Shown: positions 11,801-22,536 of the stretch, one piece after another
How the letters are laid out: every line of letters starts with the position of its first letter
Numbering within the stretch: the stretch's first letter is position 1
Origin: Catajapyx aquilonaris
Lineage: Eukaryota
Direction of reading: 5' to 3'
Assembly: GCA_000934665.2 (NCBI GenBank)
Contig: KZ538940.1
Span: forward strand, 1 to 48,549
DNA length: 48,549 nt
Made by a program: the position numbers and the translations under genes
Notes under the pieces: model-generated
Databases searched by the model: none
Seen by the model: only the letters and a program-made list of their open reading frames with translations
What the model was told of the DNA's origin: nothing

Positions 11801-14800
11801 TGAGCAACGAGCACCAAGATGCGCATGAATTTTTTACTATCTTCATGTCATGGCTACATGATGACTTAAACAAGGTCAGTATATATTAACCTGAAGTAAA
11901 AACCTTTTGATGAACCTATTCTTTTAGGTGAAATCTGCCGTACCACGACATGAGCAGAATAACGACAATAAGAGTCTGGCGGAAGCTGCTTATGACGTGT
12001 GGGGTCATTTCAAGCATGGAAACCACTCCATTGTCGTAGATCTTTTTTATGGCCTTCAAAAATCGGTTGTGAAGTGCCTGTACTGTGGGAAAGAGTCTGT
12101 AACTTTTGAGCCATCCTTTGTTATATCTGTACCAATTCCAACCAAACCTCAATGCACCCTTGAGGTGAGTGAGTTATTCATAAAAATTATTGTACAAGTT
12201 GTCATCACTATTAATTCTTGCTTTTTAAAGGATTGCCTTCAACTATACCTTGCGAAAGAGACCATCACTGGGTATACTTGCCCTGCATGTAAAGCAGAGC
12301 GAAATGCTGTTAAGAAGATTGACATTTGGAAAATGCCAAAGATTTTAGTTATTCATCTGCAGAGGTGAGGAGGTTTTAGTTTTGTTTCTTTTCAAGTGCA
12401 GTTATGGAAACAGTTCCATGTCTTTATCACAGGGAGGATATATTAGCTGTTTAGCTAGCTAATGCAAAGGTAGTATTAAGTTCCCAACCCTAGGGTTGCG
12501 ACCCACAATTGGGTTGCCAATATGTTTTTAATGGTCACAGGGAAGTTCAGAAAAAAGGAATAAAAATATGGGAAACAAAGAAGAAGAAAAACAAGGCAAA
12601 GAAGGCGAATTTTGGCAGGAAAGTCATCTCAAATCTACATAAGCATTGTACTGTACCTGGTTGAGTAATGAAAAAATTTGTCGAAAAAAAACGCGATTAC
12701 GTGGGCAGGGCGAGGAAAGGTTGTACATGGGGTTGGGATGATCAAAGGTTGGGAATGACAGCTTTAAACTAATGCAGAAGGATCCAATAGTTTCAGACCT
12801 TGATGCAACTGTGTCTATATTCAGCAAGGGGACCTTAATACCAAGGTCCTTGACCACAACCAGGGGATTGTAGGGGTATGGATGGGTGAAATTGCTGAAA
12901 GGGGGCACCCTGAACTGTCCAGAGAGCAAATGAGCTTGATCCGTCCATGGGAAATGATGTAAAGCGACCAGATCACTTGACCTTGGAGAGTCCTCAGGGT
13001 ATACAGGGTGTTCTAAGTATATGGGTCACTTTAGTTTTAGGAAATTTCAACCAAAGTAGTTACAGTAAAACTTCTATAAGTCGAATCTTCATGGGACCGG
13101 GAAAAAACTTCGAGTTATAGAAGATTCGAGTTAGAGAAGTTTAGAATTTTTTAAAGCACGCGAAGTGAAATGAACGCAAAAATGATGTTATAGAACGCAC
13201 CCCGGCAGGGTCATAAAATAATTCGTTGTACTGTGCTGGACACGGCTGGACATTTTACCAGTCCAAGTGTTGACTTAGTTGCCAGGTAACGGGCGCGTTT
13301 TTACTAGAATCCGCTCAGAGCGCTTCGTGCGTGGCAGTGATGCCAGCAGCTCAGAATTATCTGTCTCCCGAATCCGGCACATAAAGGCCCCCTTTCTCCA
13401 CCTAGATGACCTACAGCCGCCTTGCGAATGTTTTCCGTCGTGTCCGCGGTATATTCAAAATCAACTTCCTCATCTCTCGCAGTAAACCAGGCATTGTAGT
13501 GTACACTTCCATTGGCACCACTCCGCTGCCCCATTTTTCCCACCAATTTTGAAGGCACTTTTAAATATGCCATCATTTATCCAGTAATATCATTTTGATG
13601 CAACAGAGTGGTGGAATGTGTGTTTACAGGGATGGGCTAGCTAGTTATGAACAAAAATCCCAGATCCCAGACCAAGGCTGGTTCCCCATTGTCACAATCG
13701 AGTCAAACACTTCTTCGGGTATATCTGGTAGATGGAGATTAGGAAATCGAGCCATTCTGTACATGTGGCCTACTCTAGACCCTTCGGCTGGGAAATTAGA
13801 AAATTTTTAGTACTAGCCACCATGAACTTCGACTTAGGGAGACTGAAAATGCATTGATATCCAATCGTAAGGCCCTGCCTGCACTTCGAGTTATGGAGAA
13901 CTTCGAATTATAGAAATTCGAGTTAGGGAAGTTACATGGTATTTCTGTGTAGCCTGATCCAGGTGCCCTATTACACAGGGTGTTTCTTACTACTATCCTT
14001 TAAAAAATTTAGTCCTCAGGCTATGCGGTTACACCGTTTCTAGGCTACTATGCTTCAGAAAAATTCGTGTCATACATCATTAAAAATCCAGTTTAAAATA
14101 CTTTACCTAATAGTGTATGAAACGAAATTCCCAGGGCCAGGCGATTGTTACACCGCAACAAAGGAGAAGAAGTGCTCTTTCGCAGCTGACTTCTGCGATG
14201 GCAAAAATTCGATAATTTATTTTAGTGGCTTCCACTTGAGGGAAAAATTCGTAATTTTACTATGATGGTCCCACAACTATGTTGAAGTATTGTTTAAGAA
14301 TTCACACTCATAGGAAGCATTGTTGTGTAGTAGTCCTTGTCCCGACTATGTGACCTTCTGAACCTCTGCCCAGAAATGCCGCACGAACCTCGGAGAAGGA
14401 CCAATGTGACGATCTTTTTATGGTGAAGCCCCAAATGTATGGGTCTTGTACATTCAAAGCAATACAATGCAACTATACAGTGAAAAGCAAACTCGCTTTC
14501 CAACAATCCTGCGGGGTAGACTGCTCGCTTCCACTCCCGACAGAGAGAAAGTCCGAGTGGGTGGCAGTGTTCAAAACTGATACATATAATTAGGTCGCCA
14601 AGTGGCATTTGAAACCAAGGTGTGGTCGCCAAAACTGAATGACTAGTCTCTATTATTGTTTTAAACATGTCAAATTTTAAATATTAATTGTTAATTGGGC
14701 ACCACAAACACAACAGAGTTGCCAAGAGCTTCAGCAGGAAACAAATTGAAAATATATGACCAGAATCTTAGCAATAATTTTATTATTGACAAAAGTGCAA

Positions 14801-17278
14801 TTTTGGGAGGAAAAGCTAGTCGGCAAAAGTGGTGACTAGCTATCTTAGTTCGATTACCAATTGAGAATTTTCAGTCGCGTAAGGTGAATGGCGACCACTA
14901 ATTTAGAACCCTGGTGGGTGGGTGGATTTACAGCGGAGTTGCCAGTCCACGCAGCTCGTCGGAAATACGCGATGATGATCAAATGTGTGGTAAATCCTTG
15001 GCTCTTGCATCAATCTTTTTTTTTTGAACAAATATGTAGCAGAACATGCCCAGTAGAAAATTTGACAACTGACGTGCACGCTGCTTACTTTGAGCATACC
15101 ACATCGCGGCAACTCCACCATAAATCCACCCACCCATCCCTTGACTTTTTCTCTCTCTCTGTCGGGAGTGGAAGCGAACGGTCTACCCCGCAGAATTGTT
15201 GGAAAGCAAGTTTGGTTTTCACTGTATTGTTGCACTGTATTGCTTCAAATGTACAAGACCAACAATACATTTTGGGCTTCACCATAAAAAGATTGTCACA
15301 TTGGTCCTTCTCTGATGCTCATATGGCATTTCTGGACAGAGGTTCAGAAGGTCACATTGTTGGGACAAGAACTGCACAACAGTGCTCCTATGAGTGTGAA
15401 TTCTTAAACAATACTTCAACATAGTTGTGGGACCATCACAGTAAAATTACGAATTTTTCACTCACGTGAATTTATCGAATTTGCGCCACGGCAGAAGTCA
15501 GCCCCGAAACAGACCTTTTTCTCCTTTGTTGCAGTGTAACAGTCACCTGGACCTGGAAATTTCGTTTCATACGCCATTAGGTAAAAGTATTTTAAACAGG
15601 CTTTTTAATGATGTAAGACACGAATTTTTTTTTTAAGCGTAGCTTAGAAACAGTGCAACCGCAAAGCCAGAGGACTAAACTTTTAAAAGGATAGTAGTAG
15701 GTCAACCAGAAGTGAGTACTCCTTGGGCCAAAAAAAGTCGAAAATGTAGGGGTGAGAAATGTCAAGGCACCAACTTTTACCGAGGTAGACAACCAGAAAT
15801 ATTGGCCAGTGGTTGCCTAGGAAGCAGGATATGAGGAAGATAATCGTGCTTGTTGGGATTTGTGAGAGCACCTATTGCACAGAAGTGATTATTAGTACCG
15901 CTCATATCCTGCTCCTTAGCAACCACCAGCCAATGGTTCTGGTCGTCTCTCTCATTAACAGTTGGTCTTTCGACATTTCTTTCCCCCCCCCCCNNNNNNN
16001 NNNNNNNNNNNNNNNNNNNNNNNNNCCCCCCCCCCCCACACACACACACATTTTCGACTTGTTTTGGCCCAAGGAATATGCTGACTTCGGGTTGACCTAT
16101 AGTAAGGAACACCCTGTATAGCAACTGCTATATTGGACCACCTGGGAGTAATGGGGTAACTGGATCAGGACGCAACAAGCTTCAGGTGATATTAGTATAA
16201 CAAAAAATGCCCCATATGCAGGAATACTCTGCATATCCGTCACACATAAATTGCCTCATTTAAAAAGTACTAACTGGGATTTCAGATATACGGGTAGAAT
16301 ATACAGGGTGTTCCAAATTCGTGTTTTTTTGTTTTTTTAAATAGCTGATAATTATTGCCTGATAGTAGTTATTTTTTGTAGCTTGTGCCCCTAACCATGT
16401 GCCCCATTCTATAGCAATTGGAAAAGGTATTCCAGATGAGTTTTTTGTTGTTGGATTAATTCTTTTATATTAATTCCAGGTTTTACCATGATACTGTTTG
16501 GCAAAAGAGGCACACTACTGTGGGCTTTGATATATCTTCTCTGGATATGAGCCGTTACCTGTGTGGTCCACGTGAAGGAAACAAAACGTACATGTACGAG
16601 CTGTATGCCATAACAAACCATGTTGGTGGCATGGAAGGAGGACACTACATCGCCTTCTGCAAGAATGATACTAGCAACAAGTGAGTGTTCAGTCAACAGA
16701 CTGCAACAGACAATATCTCACATTCTGATACAGTGAAACTTATACAGGGTGGTTGAAAAAGAATGCCCTAATTTTACAACCCTATAACTTGAAAATGTAG
16801 ACATGTCTAAATGATTTAAGTTTTGAAATGCTAAGAAATGTCTAAAGTTTCGGTCTCACCTTAGTTTGTTTCAATATGAGCTTCATTTGTCGCTCGGCAG
16901 ATAAAAAATATGGTATTCGGTGTCCTGCCAAACTTGTATGATACTCATTTGTAATGCAGACATGGAAGCAGTCCAGACAAAATTGTCTCAAGGACCGAAG
17001 CTGGTTGGTGTAGTGGTTAAGGAGTCTGACTGCTAATCGTGAGGTCCTGGGTTCGATTCCCAGGGCCGGCAATCCTGGCCGTGGTTTTCTGTGGTTTTCC
17101 ATGGTTCCCCCAGGATAATTCCGGGGTCGCTTCCATACAATAGGCCACAGTCGCTTCCTTCCTTCCTTCTCTATCCTTGGCCCCATCCATGTGTGAAGAA
17201 AATTTGAGTGGTAAAATGTGGTATTCCACCCCCCTAATAGAGCGCCGATTCTCCCAATGCAATGGGGTAATATAAGTA

Positions 17279-17315
<37 letters not shown>

Positions 17316-17854
17316 GTAACAGTAACAGTAATAATAATAATAATAATGTCTCAATGTCCGCATGCAAACTGCTGTATGCCAATTGAGTAGCTGTACTTCA
17401 GAGAATGGGATGAAGAAAGAGCACCTTTTATTGTGAAAGTTGGCAAGTGATTTATACAAGAGCATGCCAGGACATTTGTGACGTTGACTCTGATAGGAAA
17501 AAGGAGGTGATGATCTACTCTCTCCTTCATGCTTCGACTTGAAAAGACTTATTCTTCAACATGGAAAAACAGTTTTTTTACATATATTTTTTGCAGGTAA
17601 AATATAGGCAAAACCTCTAACTGGCATGCCCCAGTATAAGCAGTAATGTGGTAGAACCTAAGTACGGGCCAGAATTAAGTAGTTGTCAATAAGGGGAAGT
17701 AATATTAACTACATGTCTCCTTTTCAGGTGGAACAAATTTGATGACCAAGAAGTCACCCCTGTCACTGAGAGTGACCTCCGTAAGGCATCGCCTTACATC
17801 TTCTTTTATCAAGCAGTTGAAAAAGGAAGCAAACCAGATACCAAGGCTTTGTGA
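2751..17854 (+). CDS. USP8: USP8-like ubiquitin carboxyl-terminal hydrolase (peptidase C19), 5'-partial. Exons: 2751-2839, 3194-3331, 3390-3505, 5900-6014, 11770-11874, 11928-12164, 12231-12364, 16480-16680, 17728-17854
   Basis: All introns are GT-AG with consistent phases. The 1262 coding nt are 2 nt plus 420 codons ending in TGA. Motifs: LKRFHSSPNIAQ (USP8 RSxSxP 14-3-3 site), Cys box GLKNLQNNCYMN, HQDAHEF, CLYC/CPAC zinc-finger pairs, ILVIHLQRF, His box NHVGGMEGGHYIAFCK, WNKFDD, YIFFY. Confidence 0.9.
3194..3331 (+). CDS. USP8: USP8-like exon (linker before catalytic domain)
   Basis: ttttgcacag| ... |gtaagt; 46 codons, MVEAEP...PQFDRNIKP...RNFNPVWGNV. Confidence 0.85.
3390..3505 (+). CDS. 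USP8: USP8-like exon (Cys box)
   Basis: tttcttcag| AYGMTGLKNLQNNCYMNTIVQCISNTAVMAQYFISGQY |gtttgt. Confidence 0.92.
3713..5005. mobile_element. ~1.3-kb foldback (palindromic) non-autonomous element in a USP8-like intron
   Basis: Arms ~3713-4416 and ~4465-5005 are reverse complements with indels; the spacer contains (gtcc)n. Related copies lie at ~19375-19600 and ~19680-20090. Confidence 0.8.
5042..5203. mobile_element. Tc1/mariner-type MITE, 162 bp, TA TSD
   Basis: TA|cagtactggccaataatcgagg...cctcgattattggccagtactg|TA; about 65-bp near-perfect TIRs. Confidence 0.88.
5900..6014 (+). CDS. USP8: USP8-like exon
   Basis: taattgcag| EDVNPSHTTSGEIAEELAAAIREIWKGGCRSIVLWDLR |gttagt; phase matches the previous exon. 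Confidence 0.9.
6083..6453. mobile_element. MITE with long imperfect TIRs
   Basis: ctattgtttatccgcac... vs ...gtgcggataaacaatag; internal caaacaatcgg / ccgattgtttg. Confidence 0.75.
7004..7103 (+). mobile_element. 5'-truncated non-LTR retroposon tail inserted in the Kolobok-like TIR
   Basis: 10-bp TSD aaatgcagtt (6994-7003 and 7104-7113), a (TAAA)n tail, and absence from the opposite TIR. Confidence 0.8.
7381..7653 (+). pseudogene. THAP zinc-finger domain remnant
   Basis: PFCVV/ICK...YFVFP...VCMDHF...KLKPNAVPT followed by a gtagga donor. There is a frameshift near the N-terminal cysteines and the conserved Trp is replaced by Ser. Confidence 0.8.
9290..10700 (-). mobile_element. Decayed Tc1-family transposon (DD34E transposase pseudogene, ~10340-9350)
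   Basis: Minus-strand motifs GFHSRRP, WKKVVWSDES, GGVMV, FQQDKAP and WPPNS*EFNTTEHVW, with several stops and frameshifts. A small GC-rich IR insertion lies at ~9559-9673. Confidence 0.85.
10852..11146 (+). mobile_element. tRNA-derived SINE
   Basis: A box ggtggtctagcgg and B box gggtcaaatccc, followed by a body, a 3' hairpin and an A-rich tail. Confidence 0.8.
11770..11874 (+). CDS. USP8: USP8-like exon (QD box)
   Basis: tttcctcag| RVVGKYHRAFMSNEHQDAHEFFTIFMSWLHDDLNK |gtcagt. Confidence 0.92.
11928..12164 (+). CDS. USP8: USP8-like exon
   Basis: cttttag| VKSAV...SIVVDLFYGLQKSVVKCLYCGKESVTFEP...CTLE |gtgagt. Confidence 0.92.
12231..12364 (+). CDS. USP8: USP8-like exon
   Basis: ttttaaag| DCLQLYLAKETITGYTCPACK...KIDIWKMPKILVIHLQR |gtgagg. 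Confidence 0.92.
13063..13935. mobile_element. pogo/Tigger-like non-autonomous element
   Basis: TA|cagtaaaacttctataagtcgaa start, with ttcgagttatag subterminal repeats near both ends. Confidence 0.55.
13975..16116. mobile_element. Large Tc1/mariner-type foldback element (CAGGGTG termini) with nested insertions
   Basis: cagggtgtttcttactac ... tagtaaggaacaccctg|TA; ~13990-14560 is the reverse complement of ~15130-15700. An assembly gap lies at 15994-16025. Confidence 0.7.
14565..14913. mobile_element. hAT-type MITE nested in the foldback element
   Basis: 8-bp TSD gtgggtgg (14557-14564 and 14914-14921); TIR cagtgttc / gaaccctg. Confidence 0.75.
16480..16680 (+). CDS. USP8: USP8-like exon (His box)
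   Basis: taattccag| FYHDTVWQKRHTTVGF...YELYAITNHVGGMEGGHYIAFCKNDTSN |gtgagt. Confidence 0.92.
16992..17346 (+). mobile_element. tRNA-derived SINE with (TAA)n tail
   Basis: A box tggtgtagtgg, B box ggttcgattccc, TSD tgtctcaa (16984-16991 and 17347-17354). Confidence 0.88.
17728..17854 (+). CDS. USP8: USP8-like last coding exon
   Basis: ttttcag| WNKFDDQEVTPVTESDLRKASPYIFFYQAVEKGSKPDTKAL*; candidate AATAAA at 18219-18224. Confidence 0.92.
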
Positions 17855-18582
17855 TGGGCATACTATGTATATAAGCACAGAATTTTGATGTAAAGAGTGG
17901 GCCGATGAATATACACTTGTCAGACTCCTGATCTTTGCCCATTTTATTGGTGCAAGACAAATATTAATGGTATTGCAAAAATGTACATCACAGTGAACTG
18001 GTCATTATTACCTCGTATGTTTTGTATGTCACATTCCTAAAATAGATAATAAGTAAAACTACGTATCCATTTATTAAGATAAAAAGTTATAGTGAAGTTA
18101 AACCAACAAACTAGTCAGTCAGAAAACTTCCATTCACGTGAAATTTTTGAAACCAAGAAACTGACTGCTATGTTATTTATCCTGTCCCAGTAAAGTGTAA
18201 GCATATATTTTAGTTTCTAATAAATGACTGCTTGCACTCCGTATAATGCCATCACATTTGAAATTACATCCCTCTCATTTTTTGCAGCTTCAGGTTGGTT
18301 GTGTGATTGATGATAACTCGAGATGTTATTCACATCTGATTAATCACTTCTGGATTTACTATCAATCATGCAATTGGCCCCATGATATGTGCAGTATTGC
18401 CTAAATATCCTTTATAAAGGAGCCAATATTATTTTTGCCAATGGAAGTACTATATAATTTTTTTAATGTGACAAATCAAACGAAATGCATCAAGGCTCAA
18501 TAACATTATGTGCGTGAGTTGAGTCGTAAGTCATTGGACATATTTTTAAATTCAAAAACAGTAACATAATTATGCAGAGATG

Positions 18583-18861
18583 GGGTGACAAGGTGGCGGA
18601 GTGGTTAGCGCTGCAGCCTTCCACCTCTAAGGTCCCGAGTTCCATTCCCAGATCGGACAGAGGATACCTATGTGAATAGAGTTTCGAAGGGTTCTCTCTG
18701 TGTTCGCTGGGTTTTCCCGGGGTTATCCCGTTGCCTCCCACTATCAAAATCCATCACATCAAAGGCAATGATTAAAGACTGTCAATTAAAAGATGATCCC
18801 CTAAAAAGCCCAAGGAGGCTTATCATGGGGTGTCCATTATTATTATTATTTTATTATTACA
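18583..18861 (+). mobile_element. tRNA-derived SINE with (TTA)n tail
   Basis: A box tggcggagtgg, B-like gagttccattccc, 12-bp TSD tatgcagagatg (18571-18582 and 18862-18873). Confidence 0.88.
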
Positions 18862-18922
18862 TATGCAGAGATGAACTTGACTTTGTTTTGAACATCAAGT
18901 GATTACAATTTTTTCTGGTATA

Positions 18923-19354
18923 CAGGGTGAAGGGAAACTCGCAGACAATCACCAGGTAGACTGATAGTACTCGTAAAACTAATATAGGGATGTGCAATTA
19001 GTTTTGGGATCCGTTGCATAGTTAATGCGTACAGCGCCGTCAAAGTTTCGTGATGTCACTTCTGTTCCGCCAGCTTCAATGAAGCAAAAGCCAGCTCAAG
19101 GGCCTCCAAACAATCCAGCCTTGGGTCCAAAACACATCATCCATGTGCAATAGGTGATCAAATCCCATTCCAGGTAACACCCTTGCACTTTGTCGTTTTT
19201 ACCTTGTATTTTACCATCCGGCCCTCTACACTTGACAGGCGCTTTAACTATGCAAAGGCACCCAAAACTAATTGCACGCATCCGACATCCCTATATTAGT
19301 TTTGCGAGTAGTATCAGTCTACCTGGCAATTGTCCGCGAGTTTCCTTCACCCTG
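18923..19354. mobile_element. Tc1/mariner-type MITE, TA TSD
   Basis: TA|cagggtgaagggaaactcgc ... gcgagtttccttcaccctg|TA; TIRs of about 85 bp. Confidence 0.88.
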
Positions 19355-20681
19355 TATAATATTATGATAGAATAGATAGATGGTGCCCATGTTGCAAGGG
19401 GGGCCAGGAGACAAAAGGACATTGTGACCCCCCTCCCCCCACCCCACCATCACCCTAAGACACGCTTGGAGCTGTTGGAAGCTGCATGCTAGACACTTGG
19501 CGATGGACACCACAGGAGCTTGCTTTTGAGTGTGGGACAAGTCATAGCACTGTGCTTAGGACTGAAAGACTGCAAGGTCTCAGGAAGTTGGCATCCTCAT
19601 TGGGTAGTACGAACTTCACATGAGGTATTACACGGACCTTTATATTAATCGCATACATACAATACATCCTGCTGCTAAGGCATCCTCATTGGTTCTTCAC
19701 CATCTCTCTGAGGTGCAAAAGTGGCACCGCTTTGCCCTCACCAAAATGCATAGGGAACTCGATCACAGTGAGGGCGATGGTTTTCTTAAATAGATTGTGG
19801 CAATGAATGAGACATGGCTCTCTGGTCATAGTGCTCTGACTTGTCCCACACTCGAAGGAAATCTCCTGCGTTGTCCATCACCAAGTGTCTTGCATGCAGC
19901 GTTCAACTGCTCCAAGCATGTCAGGCTCGGGCCGTCTTAGGTCGATGGTGCCGTGGGTCATGCTCCCCCTATGTTTACCTGCCTCCCTTGCGATATGGGT
20001 GACATGTGTATATCAAATGAAATTGTAATCACTGGAGCTTCAAAACTTAGTAAAGATCGTCTCTGTATATATTACCATTTGTGATTTTTTTATTTTACAA
20101 TGCTCGTAATTGAGCACTTGTACCACAAAGTACAGGGTCATCGAAAAAGAATGCTCAGATTTTGAAACCCTATAACTCAAAAACTTGTAGACATATCTTA
20201 ATGATTAGTTTTCAAATGCTACGAAGTCTCTAAAGTGTTGGTCTTACCATATTTTCTTTCGATATGAGCTCCATTTGTCACTTGGAAAATGTAAATATGG
20301 TAATCAATGTCGTACCTAACCCCATCAGACATGTCTGGAGTCACCTTGTGATCCTATCCCGTATGTGCTGGAGATAGCGGATCTTTTCACCATACATGTA
20401 TCTCCGCACAAAAGTCCATCAGGGTAAGATCTGGGCTTCTAGGGGGCTGGCTATAGGCATTGTGAAACTTCTCATTCAAGACTTCGCATGCTGGGAGGTT
20501 GAACAAATGAAACTTTCCTAAGACAGGTTTGTTTGGATGAGGCTACTTTTCATGTGCATCATCAAGAACAATGTGTGTGGTGTCAAGATCCGTCATCTCC
20601 AGCACCTACGGGATAGAATTGCAATGGTAACTCCAGATATTATTGAGTGGGTTTGGCACGAAACCGATTACCGCCTTTTAA

Positions 20682-21149
20682 CCCTTAACTACGTAGGTGG
20701 GCGAAACACCTTTAACTACGTAGGTGGAGCCTGAGAGGCTCCAACGGTATATTTAAATTTATGCTTATCAACTAAATTGTTATATTGGACTTTTCACATA
20801 CATAAAGTGCAGTTCAGATCATTAGGCTTCCGAAAACGTAAAAATCACACGCTGAGTCAGCATATTCCGACTGGGAAAATTTTTTAATTAAAAGGTTACA
20901 TCACGTGTTTGAGCCGCTCAGGCTTCACCTGCATAGGGATAGCCTGAGTGGTTAGAGGGACCTGTTCCTCGTTACGAATTTTTTTAAACCAAAATATTGG
21001 GACAAAAAAAAAATTTCTTTCATTTTCATGCTTAGGAAGGTTTTTCTGACAAGTCACAGAAGGAGAGTGGAAAGTAAAATTCAATGAAAAAGTTACATGC
21101 GTTTAAATAGTGCTTGGAGCCTCTCAGGCTCCACCTACGTAGTTAAGGG
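20682..21149. mobile_element. piggyBac-type MITE
   Basis: TTAA|cccttaactacgtaggtgg ... ccacctacgtagttaaggg|TTAC; CCC/GGG termini; internal ggagcctgagaggctcc palindromes. Confidence 0.82.
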
Positions 21150-21266
21150 TTACTGTAAATCTGCCAAGCGACAAATGAAGCTCATATTGAAACAAACTAA
21201 GGTGAGACCTAAACCTTAGAATCTTAGATGTTTATGAGCATTTCAAAATTTAAATAATTAAGATAT

Positions 21267-21492
21267 TGTAGTGTCCTGGCTACCAGGTTGTTGTCTGTTG
21301 CCCTGGTTGCCAGGACACTGATGTTGTTGATGTTCGATAAATGTTAGTTCTTGTTCTAACGTCCTCCTGGACGGATGTGCTGTACCTATTGTCCTGAATA
21401 GAAGTCCACAGTGGTGGTTTTTACCCTCTTCCCCGGTGTGTTTCCCTGGGTTATTTTGTGGTGTCTCTTACTCCTAATCGTGAGGCACTACA
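21267..21492. mobile_element. Probable solo LTR, 226 bp
   Basis: TGTAGTG...CACTACA termini with 4-bp TSD ATAT (21263-21266 and 21493-21496). Confidence 0.75.
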
Positions 21493-21759
21493 ATATGTCG
21501 ACACGTTTTCAAGTTATAGGGCAGTTTCAACTAGTTTCTGACAAGGTCCAGTATTTACCTTTCCTGGGCCATTGAAGGTCCGGACNNCCCCCCACATACA
21601 CACACACAAAATTTTCTAAGCCTGCCCTTGACAGTCGTGGTTAGCACCCAATGCAAGTATTGCAAAGCATTGTACCATCCTTCAGTCATGTAACATCCAG
21701 GCCATGTTTCTGCATCAGCATTTTATACAGCGCCACAGTGCAGTGCAGTGAATTATGTA

Positions 21760-22060
21760 AGGTGACAATATTGGAGGACAATACTCCAGTCCACACCAAA
21801 GGTGTTTCCATGAAAGCTGTGACAGAATGGGGCTTCGAACAGCTTCCACACCCACTGTAGGCCTACTCACCTTACCTTGTCCATAGCACCTTCTTCCTCT
21901 TCAAAAATCTGAACAAATATCTCCATTGTGGGTGTTTTAGGATGATTTGGAACTGAAGGAGGCAATAGTGTTGGTTTGAGGGTAAGGATTTTTAAAAAAA
22001 TTGCATTGGTATTAGGCAGGCCCATGATCAGGACAACAAGACAGTGGTGTGTCAGGAAGA
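21760..22060 (+). pseudogene. mariner transposase C-terminal remnant
   Basis: ILEDNTPVHT...WGFEQLPHPL*AYSPYLVHSTFFLFKNL is a decayed HDNAPAH...LPHPPYSPDLAPSDFFLF. Confidence 0.75.
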
Positions 22061-22488
22061 CTTAGTAAAAAACAAGTGACTTCTACGGAAAAAAATGTTT
22101 TATTCACTTGGGTAAGCTGATCAGGTGGGTAACCATTGAAAATAATCCAGTGGTGACCCAATGTCACCAGAATAGAAAGGCAGGGGCCAAGGGCTAGAAA
22201 ATAATGTCAATCTTCTACCACTTTGCCCGTATGTGTGACAGCAAAGGACATCTACTCGCTGGCTGGTTGTTATCATGTCATGCCTAAGGTAACCATGAGT
22301 AACTCCTCCAGTAACTACAGTATGTTGAAGCTGATTTCCTCACTTATACTAGGGTTTAGAGCTTAGAATGCATAACATAGATAGCTACCCACAAAATTAG
22401 GTGTTTCTTAAAGCCATAAGGGAGTTCACATACGGTAAACAAAGCTTTGTCTCTGAAAGTATCATCAAACGGTATGTTACCTTTTTAA

Positions 22489-22536
22489 CCTCCTGAGACC
22501 TGATGTCCAATATATTGGACATCAGGTCTCAGGAGG
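22489..22536. mobile_element. 48-bp fully palindromic mini-MITE with TTAA TSD
   Basis: ttaa|cctcctgagacctgatgtccaata-tattggacatcaggtctcaggagg|ttaa. Confidence 0.85.

Larger units (their letters stand above)
20133..21522. mobile_element. Tc1/mariner-derived foldback element hosting two nested insertions
   Basis: TA|cagggtcatcgaaaaagaatg start; PPRSPDLTLMDF motif on - at ~20411-20447; mirrored C-terminal transposase text on + at ~20570-20676. A related end lies at ~16745-16930. Confidence 0.7.

Noticed and set aside
14888..15424. 178-aa ORF on + (and the 179-aa ORF at 1442-1981 on -)
   Set aside because: They lie in or across repeat elements, and I see no recognisable domain or splice support.
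16842..17465. Long ORFs with poly-Tyr/Leu/Ile/Ser tracts (also 43457-43905)
   Set aside because: Artefacts of reading (TAA)n/(GAA)n microsatellites on the stop-free strand.
10852..18660. tRNA-like sequences at ~10852, ~16998 and ~18583 as tRNA genes
   Set aside because: The cloverleaves are imperfect and each continues into a SINE body with a simple-repeat tail; two have clear TSDs.
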